From Bacteroidales bacterium (GTDB lineage Bacteria > Bacteroidota > Bacteroidia > Bacteroidales > UBA12077), in NCBI GenBank assembly GCA_050179935.1, contig JBFXEQ010000006.1, positions 19,863 to 83,862 on the forward strand: a DNA stretch of 64,000 bases. Direction: 5' to 3'. Numbering within the stretch: the stretch's first letter is position 1; each line of letters starts with the position of its first letter. Both the position numbers and the translations under genes were made by a program. This document shows, piece after piece, positions 57,586 to 64,000 of this stretch. The notes beneath the pieces are model-generated. The model searched no databases. It was not told where the DNA came from and saw only the letters and a list, made by a program, of their open reading frames with translations.

Positions 57586-58554
57586 TTAACTAATATTCAT
57601 TGCTGAAAGCATATTGCCATAAACACTGTTTAAGGCTGAAAGATTTTTATTCAGCTTTGCCATTTCATTTTTATAATTTGTCGTTTCTTCGGCAGAATTT
57701 TTCAGGTTAGTAAAAATTGATTCCATATTACCAGTAAGCAACTGTGAGTTCTTAACCTGTTCATTTGTGTTTTTTAATTGCAGTTCGTAAACTGAATTAA
57801 GTGCTGATAAATTTTTATTAATCAATTCAAGTTTTTCATTATAAGTTTGATTTCCACCTGCAATTGATTTTAAATTTGACTGAATTTTTTCCTCAAGTTC
57901 TTTATAATTCTCTATAAATCCTTGACTGGTGCTGGTAAATTGCTCAACAATATTTTTACCTGAATTATTAATAATTTCGGCTGAATTTTTATACGAGCCT
58001 ATTAGATTATCAACCGATCCGGTTAATTTCTGAGCAGAATTATTATAAGACTCTGCCATTGTTGAAACAGATTCTGATGCTGATTGCAGATTATCTACAA
58101 AAAGATTTGTAGCTTTAGCTGCATCAGCAACATGAATTATATTTTGCGTTGTTTGATTAAGGTTTTTTAATCCTTTACCTAATTTTTCGAATAACTCAGG
58201 AGTAATTTCCGCACTTTCGAGCATTTCATCAAGTTTACCAAACCCAGAGCCTCCACGGCCGCCTGCTTCTCTGCCACGACTATGTGTTTCTTTAAACTCA
58301 GAATCTTCAGTTATACCTGCTAACTCTGGATATACAAGAGTCCAGTCAACGTCTTCGTGAATTGGCTCAAATGCTGAAAAGAAAAAGATTATTGTTTCAG
58401 TACCCATACCAAGAATAAGCATGAGAGATGCTGCCGGCCAATGCATCAACTTAAACAATGCTCCTAAGATTACTACTGCAGCACCCCAGCCATATAGTTT
58501 AGCCATAAACTTTTTCCAGATGGTACTCTGAACTAATTCTGACATGTTAATCAT
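57586..58554 (-). CDS. gldL: T9SS/gliding motility protein GldL (PorL)
   Basis: 322 aa. Two N-terminal TM helices (KLYGWGAAVVILGALFKLMHWP). The C-terminal region contains the motif NKNLSALNSVY twice. Confidence 0.9.
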   Translation of the reverse strand: MINMSELVQSTIWKKFMAKLYGWGAAVVILGALFKLMHWPAASLMLILGMGTETIIFFFSAFEPIHEDVDWTLVYPELAGITEDSEFKETHSRGREAGGRGGSGFGKLDEMLESAEITPELFEKLGKGLKNLNQTTQNIIHVADAAKATNLFVDNLQSASESVSTMAESYNNSAQKLTGSVDNLIGSYKNSAEIINNSGKNIVEQFTSTSQGFIENYKELEEKIQSNLKSIAGGNQTYNEKLELINKNLSALNSVYELQLKNTNEQVKNSQLLTGNMESIFTNLKNSAEETTNYKNEMAKLNKNLSALNSVYGNMLSAMNIS

Positions 58555-58581
58555 AACCTAAACTTTTTAAGTTTATAAAAA

Positions 58582-59913
58582 TTAATTATTTGTTCCCAGA
58601 TATGATCTAACACATCTGAAACCTATGTATGATTTAGCGGAATCTTGAAATTCGTAAGTTCTTGTTCCGTTTTGTAGAAAATATCCAATATCCTTCCATG
58701 ATCCACCTCTAATAACTTTACGTTTCATTGAAACAGGATCAGTTGGTAATGCTTCGTATTTATAATCAGGGTTTAAATCATGCATAAATGTATAAGCAGA
58801 TTCGTCAAATGCATTTGCTGTCCATTCTGCAACATTACCTGCCATATCAAATAAGCCATATTCGTTTGGAGAATAGCTACCAACTGCTACAGGTATTAGA
58901 CCACCATCATCAACATAATTACCTCTTAAAGGTTTAAAGTTAGCTAAAAAACATCCTTCTTTATTCCTAGTGTACATACCACCCCAAGGATACATAGATA
59001 AGTCGAGATTTCCTCTTGAGGCATACTCCCATTCAGCTTCGTTTGGTAATCGGTAGTCCTGAACAAATCCATCACCAGCTCGAGTTAAAAAGTCATTTAG
59101 ATATTGTGTTCTCCAAACAGTAAATGCTCTAGCCTGTTTCCAGGTTACTCCAACCACAGGATAATTATCGTAGGATGGATGCCAAAAATACATATTAGTA
59201 TAGGGTTCATTGAAAGAATAAGTAAAATCACTGATCCAGCAAAGTGTATCGGGATAAACATTTAATACATCTCTGATTACAAAGGCTGATCTGTCTTCAA
59301 CATCCATTACTTCGCCCAAAGCATTGACAGCTGTTCCTGAATATTCTTTTGTATCGAAGTTGTATCTGTTTGACTTTTTAGCAGCTTGTTGCATGTCAAC
59401 CCGATAATATTCGAACATTAATTTTCGTGTATCAAATTCCTTTCTTCTGTAGAACCTTTCGTGTTCGGCTAAATATAATTCATTGAGAATTTCTACTTGC
59501 TCTTCGTTTTGAAAATCAATTTCTGTTTCCCAATTGATAATTGGCGGATCAATAGGATTTCCAAACTGATCCTCTGCAATAATAAATTCTTCGATTTGTT
59601 CACCTAGTTTTCTTCTCATAATTGAATCTCTAACATAGTAAACGAATTGTCTATATTCATTATTTGTGATCTCAGTTTCGTCCATCCAGAAGGCATCAAC
59701 CGAAACGGTTTTGGAATAGGAAGTCATAGCCCATGCTACATCTTGATCACTAGGGCCCATGTTAAAACTTCCAATCGGAACGAATGCCATACCATATGGT
59801 TGAGACTCGAACCATCCATTTCTGCCTTGAACTCCGGTTAATTCGCCCTGGTTGTATTGACTACAACCAGTAATAGCCGCCAAAAGTATAACTAGAACAA
59901 GTAGCTTTTTCAT
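58582..59913 (-). CDS. gldK: T9SS/gliding motility lipoprotein GldK (PorK), SUMF1/FGE-fold
   Basis: 443 aa with lipobox AITGC. GELTGV...PYGMAFVPIGSFNMG and an FGE-sulfatase-like C-terminus (RGGSW..., GFRCV). Confidence 0.9.
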   Translation of the reverse strand: MKKLLVLVILLAAITGCSQYNQGELTGVQGRNGWFESQPYGMAFVPIGSFNMGPSDQDVAWAMTSYSKTVSVDAFWMDETEITNNEYRQFVYYVRDSIMRRKLGEQIEEFIIAEDQFGNPIDPPIINWETEIDFQNEEQVEILNELYLAEHERFYRRKEFDTRKLMFEYYRVDMQQAAKKSNRYNFDTKEYSGTAVNALGEVMDVEDRSAFVIRDVLNVYPDTLCWISDFTYSFNEPYTNMYFWHPSYDNYPVVGVTWKQARAFTVWRTQYLNDFLTRAGDGFVQDYRLPNEAEWEYASRGNLDLSMYPWGGMYTRNKEGCFLANFKPLRGNYVDDGGLIPVAVGSYSPNEYGLFDMAGNVAEWTANAFDESAYTFMHDLNPDYKYEALPTDPVSMKRKVIRGGSWKDIGYFLQNGTRTYEFQDSAKSYIGFRCVRSYLGTNN

Positions 59914-59974
59914 AGTATTTCTAAAATTTATTTTGCAAAATAATAATAATTCTTCAATTTGTCTTTATAATAAC

Positions 59975-60913
59975 TTATAAAAATCTAATACTTTTATATC
60001 GTTCGGGTGTTTTTTCTTTTTTAACATCAAAACTAAAACCCATCATAATTTCATGAGAACCATTGTTATAGCTCATAATATCTGATGTTACAAAATCGTA
60101 TGAATACCCTACCTTAACCCAATTAAACAATTCCACACCTAAAACACCTACTATTGCATTATCTGTTCTCCAAGAAACGCCTCCCCATATCTTTTTATTG
60201 TATTGAAGTAATGCATTTATACTTAATTGAGTATAAGCACCATCGGATTGAACTAATACTGAAGGCTTAAATTCGATCAGGGGATTTCGCAAAGCCATGT
60301 TATAACCTGCATTCACATAATAATGTCTTTGTAATGATGGGTTTCCTTGTTCAAGATCAAAGGCTGCTTCATTTAAATGCGTACTGGCTATACCTAAATA
60401 CAAATCGTTTGTTTTATAAAATAATCCAAATCCAAGATCAACCATTGCCATTCCTTCTTGATTTTTGGGTATCGCTGGATCATCTTGTCCATCGGAATCA
60501 GGATATTTCCATTCACCTGATATACTGGTGTTTACAATACCTCCTTTTATACCAATACCTAAAACACCTTTACCAATATTAACTTTATATGCGAGTGAAA
60601 TATTTACTTCTGTATCGTTATTGAATCCTATAATATCATTTTTTATTGAAATACCAGCACCCAAAGGTAATTTAAACAAAGAGAAAGCAGCATCCAAATT
60701 AAATACGCTCACCTGAGGAGATCCTTTGTCCATAAAACCAACCCATTGCTGCCTTGTAAGAGCAAATACATTAATTTTATCATCACTTCCGGCATATCCA
60801 GGATTAATAGAAAGCTGAGTAAACATGTATTGACTAAATTGAGGATCTTGCTGTGCTTTTAAAAACACAGACACCATTAATGAAATGGCGAGTAAAAATA
60901 TTCGTTTGTTCAT
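59975..60913 (-). CDS. porP: PorP/SprF-family T9SS membrane protein
   Basis: 312 aa from the ATG at 60913. Signal peptide followed by the hallmark AQQDPQFSQYMFTQLSINPGYAG. Directly upstream of gldK. Confidence 0.88.
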   Translation of the reverse strand: MNKRIFLLAISLMVSVFLKAQQDPQFSQYMFTQLSINPGYAGSDDKINVFALTRQQWVGFMDKGSPQVSVFNLDAAFSLFKLPLGAGISIKNDIIGFNNDTEVNISLAYKVNIGKGVLGIGIKGGIVNTSISGEWKYPDSDGQDDPAIPKNQEGMAMVDLGFGLFYKTNDLYLGIASTHLNEAAFDLEQGNPSLQRHYYVNAGYNMALRNPLIEFKPSVLVQSDGAYTQLSINALLQYNKKIWGGVSWRTDNAIVGVLGVELFNWVKVGYSYDFVTSDIMSYNNGSHEIMMGFSFDVKKEKTPERYKSIRFL

Positions 60914-61100
60914 ATTTATACTATAATTCCTCAATGAATTATTGGTTATGCAAGGTAAAATAACTAAAAAATAAATTTCTATCCAAGTTTTACTAACAAT
61001 AAAATGTTAATAAGCTGGGTAAAGATATAACTTTATACTTATTAAAATTAATAAAGTTTCTTTTGATAAAATAATTTTCTTTCGCTTTTTTCTTAATAAG

Positions 61101-62255
61101 CTATTCAGAATTCATTTTCTGAAAAGCATTTAACCAACGATCTGGCAATTCACCTGATGTTGCTTTTTGATAGTCTTCGTAGGTACAAGAAATGATTTTC
61201 GATTGAATAGAATCTTTTAGAGCTGGGATTTCCATCCACCAGCGATCAGTTTTTTCGCTCTTGAAAAAAATTAATTCATTTTGAGCAGAATCTATAGTTA
61301 CGATAAACTTTTTAAAATGGGATTTGCTTTTGGCTGGATCTTCATCTATTCGCTGATAATACCCTTCGATAAAATACCACAATAATTGTGCAATTAATTT
61401 CGAAGTTTGTTTGTTCTGATCTAGTTGCTGATTGTAATTGTAAACTCCAAAGGATGTAACTTTATTCGAAGTACCCGAATACCTTGCGATTTGGCAAATT
61501 TCTTCGCCGTAAAATCCGTTTGGAGAGCCCTCTGTTTGCGCTGGAGCATCTGACAACCTGATGGATGAAACATCAATTCCAATTAAATGTGCATCTCTCA
61601 AAACTGGCTCCGATTCTTTTAAGTTTGACCGTATATACCCTAACCGATAAGCTGAATAATTATTCTCGGTAATAAATTGCAGTGTTTTAGGATTTACAAA
61701 ATAGGTCTGAAATCCAATATTAGTGAAGGCTGATAATGATTCTCTTTCATTTACTAATATTTTCCATAAAACAGAAGGTATGTTTGATTCTTTGTTCTCG
61801 ATAATTGAAATTTTTGAATCAACTAATGCAACATTTGTAATAACGCCTAATTTAACATTTGCAAGATATTGAGCAAACAAAACATCTTCGGAGTTGCCTA
61901 CTATTATAGGTGTTAAATCATTTGTAATTAAATCAATTAAAACATCGCGTAATCCAATAATAGTATCATTTTTGGTTTTTCCAATTTTAAGATTTCCCAA
62001 ATCGTAAAGCTTAGTTTTTTTGTTTGCACTCAGGCTATACAATTCGTTTCTTATATTGAAAAATGGATCTTGTATATCTGGTAAAAGAGATTCCTCAGGA
62101 ACACCTATAAAAGCTAATGCACCATCAGATATCCCTTCAATTGGATTTCTTTTTGTATGAGCTTTAACGAATGAAATTAATTGAGCAGAAGAATGAATAA
62201 ATCCTTTTTCTGTATTCCCCAGCTCAATTGGGTTGAAATAATCGTTCAGGTTCAT
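61101..62255 (-). CDS. arginase/formimidoylglutamase-fold protein with degenerate metal-binding motifs
   Basis: 384 aa. It is colinear by eye with the ureohydrolase fold, but GGDHS reads IVGNSED, DAHxD reads VDSKIS and SxDxDxxDP reads GIDVSSIRLSDAP. It sits between topA and porP. Confidence 0.5.
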   Translation of the reverse strand: MNLNDYFNPIELGNTEKGFIHSSAQLISFVKAHTKRNPIEGISDGALAFIGVPEESLLPDIQDPFFNIRNELYSLSANKKTKLYDLGNLKIGKTKNDTIIGLRDVLIDLITNDLTPIIVGNSEDVLFAQYLANVKLGVITNVALVDSKISIIENKESNIPSVLWKILVNERESLSAFTNIGFQTYFVNPKTLQFITENNYSAYRLGYIRSNLKESEPVLRDAHLIGIDVSSIRLSDAPAQTEGSPNGFYGEEICQIARYSGTSNKVTSFGVYNYNQQLDQNKQTSKLIAQLLWYFIEGYYQRIDEDPAKSKSHFKKFIVTIDSAQNELIFFKSEKTDRWWMEIPALKDSIQSKIISCTYEDYQKATSGELPDRWLNAFQKMNSE

Positions 62256-62263
62256 TGGTTAAA

Positions 62264-64000
62264 CTATTTTGCTTTCCCTTTTTTGGTTGCTTTTTTAGTT
62301 GCTTTCTTAACAGTCTTTTTTGTTTCTGTTGATTTTTTTATAGGTGCTTTTTTAAATGACGTTTTCTTTTTACTTTTTGGAGACTCCGATTTACCAGATT
62401 TTTCTATAATCGATTTACAATCGGCATAAGTAAGTTTTTCGGCAACGTTTTCTTTGGGAATTTTATAATTTTGATTCTTGTATGAAATATATGCACCCCA
62501 ACGACCATTTAATACCTGCAGTTCAGGTTCTTCGGTAAATACCTTTATGATTCTTAATTTTTCTTTAAGTCTTTTTTCCTCAATGAGTTCGATTGCACGA
62601 TCTGCTTCAATTGTGTATGGATCATCCTGCTTTTTTAAGGAATAGAACATTGAATTATGTCTAATGTATGGGCCAAATCTACCAATGGCAACAACCATTT
62701 CTTTCTCTTCGTAAAACCCAATTTTGCGTGGGAGTTTGAATAATTCTAAAGCTTCCTGCAATGTGATAGTTTCGATATGTTGACCTCTTTGAAGTGAGGC
62801 GAACTTTGGTTTTTCTTCGTCTTCCTTCAAGCCTATCTGCGCCATAGGGCCATACGGACCCAACTTAACGGAGACGGGTTTACCTGTTTCGGGGTCGTTA
62901 CCAATAACTCGTTCACCAATTGTTCTTGCTGATGTTTCGAGAGTTTTTTCAACTTTTTTATGAAATGGTTTATAAAACTTATCAATCATTTTTGCCCAGG
63001 CAATCTTACCTTTAGCAATTTCATCAAATTCTTCTTCAACAGATGCAGTAAAGTTATAACTAACAACTTCGTCAAAATGATTAATTAAAAAATCATTCAC
63101 AACAATACCTATATCATTCGGAAAAAGTTTAGATTTTTCGGCCCCATACGTTTCTTTTTTTATTTCGCTAGTAATCTTATTATTCTGTAGCCCTATAATT
63201 ACATAATCTTGTTCAACACCTGGCCTGTCTTCTTTAACTACATAACCTCTATTTTGAATAGTAGAAATAGTAGGAGCAAATGTTGATGGACGTCCAATAC
63301 CCAGCTCTTCGAGTTTTTTTACCAAACTGGCTTCGGTATATCTTGGTGGATAATGAGTAAACCTCTGAATAGCATTAATTACCTTATATTTTAAAGATTC
63401 ATCAATTGCAACTTGTGGTAAAAGACCTAGTTCCTCATCTATTTCATCATCAGTTGATTCCATGTAAACTTTAAGAAAACCATCAAACTTAAGTACTTCA
63501 CCTGCTGAAATAAATTTTCTTGAGTCTTTAGAAATCTCTATAGAAATAGTTGTTTTTTCTAATATAGCATCAGCCATCTGCGATGCAAGTGTTCTTTTCC
63601 AGATTAATTCGTAAAGTTTTCTTTCGGTATCATTACCGGTAACCGTTGATTTATCCATAAAGGTAGGCCTTATGGCTTCGTGAGCTTCCTGGGCCCCTTT
63701 TGTTTTTGTTTTAAAATTTCGGGTTTGTACATACTTATCTCCAAAAACGGATTTAATAACACTTCGGGCTGCATTTATAGCTAATGTAGATAAGTTAACC
63801 GAGTCGGTCCTCATATAGGTTATTTTACCGGCTTCGTATAGTCTTTGTGCAATAGTCATTGTTTGTGCAACAGAAAAGCCCAGTTTACGACTTGCTTCCT
63901 GCTGAAGTGTTGATGTTGTGAATGGTGGAGCTGGAGATTTTTTCCCTGGTTTTTTAACAACATCTAAAACAGTAAAGTCAGCATTTTTGCAAAGCTCCAG
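62264..64000 (-). CDS. topA: DNA topoisomerase I, C-terminal ~578 aa (5' end outside window)
   Basis: The frame stays open to the window edge (…PPFTTSTLQQEASRKLGFSVAQTMTIAQRLYE…). Topo C-terminal repeats are present (GRFGPYI, GRWGAYI). The tail is Lys-rich (KKATKKATKKGKAK). Confidence 0.92.
   Translation of the reverse strand: MELCKNADFTVLDVVKKPGKKSPAPPFTTSTLQQEASRKLGFSVAQTMTIAQRLYEAGKITYMRTDSVNLSTLAINAARSVIKSVFGDKYVQTRNFKTKTKGAQEAHEAIRPTFMDKSTVTGNDTERKLYELIWKRTLASQMADAILEKTTISIEISKDSRKFISAGEVLKFDGFLKVYMESTDDEIDEELGLLPQVAIDESLKYKVINAIQRFTHYPPRYTEASLVKKLEELGIGRPSTFAPTISTIQNRGYVVKEDRPGVEQDYVIIGLQNNKITSEIKKETYGAEKSKLFPNDIGIVVNDFLINHFDEVVSYNFTASVEEEFDEIAKGKIAWAKMIDKFYKPFHKKVEKTLETSARTIGERVIGNDPETGKPVSVKLGPYGPMAQIGLKEDEEKPKFASLQRGQHIETITLQEALELFKLPRKIGFYEEKEMVVAIGRFGPYIRHNSMFYSLKKQDDPYTIEADRAIELIEEKRLKEKLRIIKVFTEEPELQVLNGRWGAYISYKNQNYKIPKENVAEKLTYADCKSIIEKSGKSESPKSKKKTSFKKAPIKKSTETKKTVKKATKKATKKGKAK

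Noticed and set aside
62181-62429. 82-aa plus-strand ORF spanning the topA / arginase-like junction
   Set aside because: It is the antisense of the Lys-rich topA tail (an AAA/AAG run gives a Phe-rich mirror ORF) and is an artefact.
1-64000. Search for mobile elements, defence systems, toxin-antitoxin pairs, tRNA/rRNA genes and CRISPR arrays
   Set aside because: I recognised no integrase, transposase, phage, restriction, Cas or nuclease-NTPase signatures among ORFs of 60 aa or more. No tRNA-like or rRNA-like sequence was seen in the intergenic gaps. Small genes under 60 aa could have been missed.

Overview
AT-rich chromosomal segment that looks like Bacteroidota core genome. The phylum call is an inference from gene content: T9SS/gliding genes, an LpxC-FabZ fusion, and TAnnTTTG -7 promoter boxes. 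The window is densely coding on both strands. Order, left to right: SPOR-domain protein (3' part), ruvA, sprA (T9SS translocon, 2470 aa), gcvH, rimP-nusA-infB (minus), HD-hydrolase-lpxD-lpxC/fabZ-lpxA. Next come a TonB-dependent receptor with a secreted hypothetical, then a compact operon of uncharacterised envelope proteins (23.1-29.0 kb) and a FadL-like barrel. Then a protease/PD40/Omp85 fusion protein, the sufBCDS-sufE-sufT operon (minus) with a repeat-filled gap, thiL, and cutC with a transglutaminase-like lipoprotein. A three-gene islet follows (small membrane protein, MauE/DoxX-thioredoxin fusion, 9-Cys mini-protein), then trpS and an SQR-like/DUF1641/TusE/DsrE-like sulfur operon divergent from a Crp/Fnr regulator. 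The window ends with mlaFE, manC, porP-gldKLMN (minus), an arginase-fold protein and topA (partial). I found no rRNA, tRNA, CRISPR array, integrase, transposase, prophage or recognisable defence system. No clearly novel system stands out. The best candidates for second looks are (i) the MauE-thioredoxin plus Cys-rich peptide pair, (ii) the sulfur-relay operon with tandem Crp/Fnr-type boxes, (iii) the 23-29 kb envelope operon, and (iv) the phased inverted-repeat element inside the suf operon. Two reading-frame disruptions sit at homopolymers, so indel errors in the assembly are possible. All family assignments rest on motif recognition by eye; no BLAST or HMM search was run.
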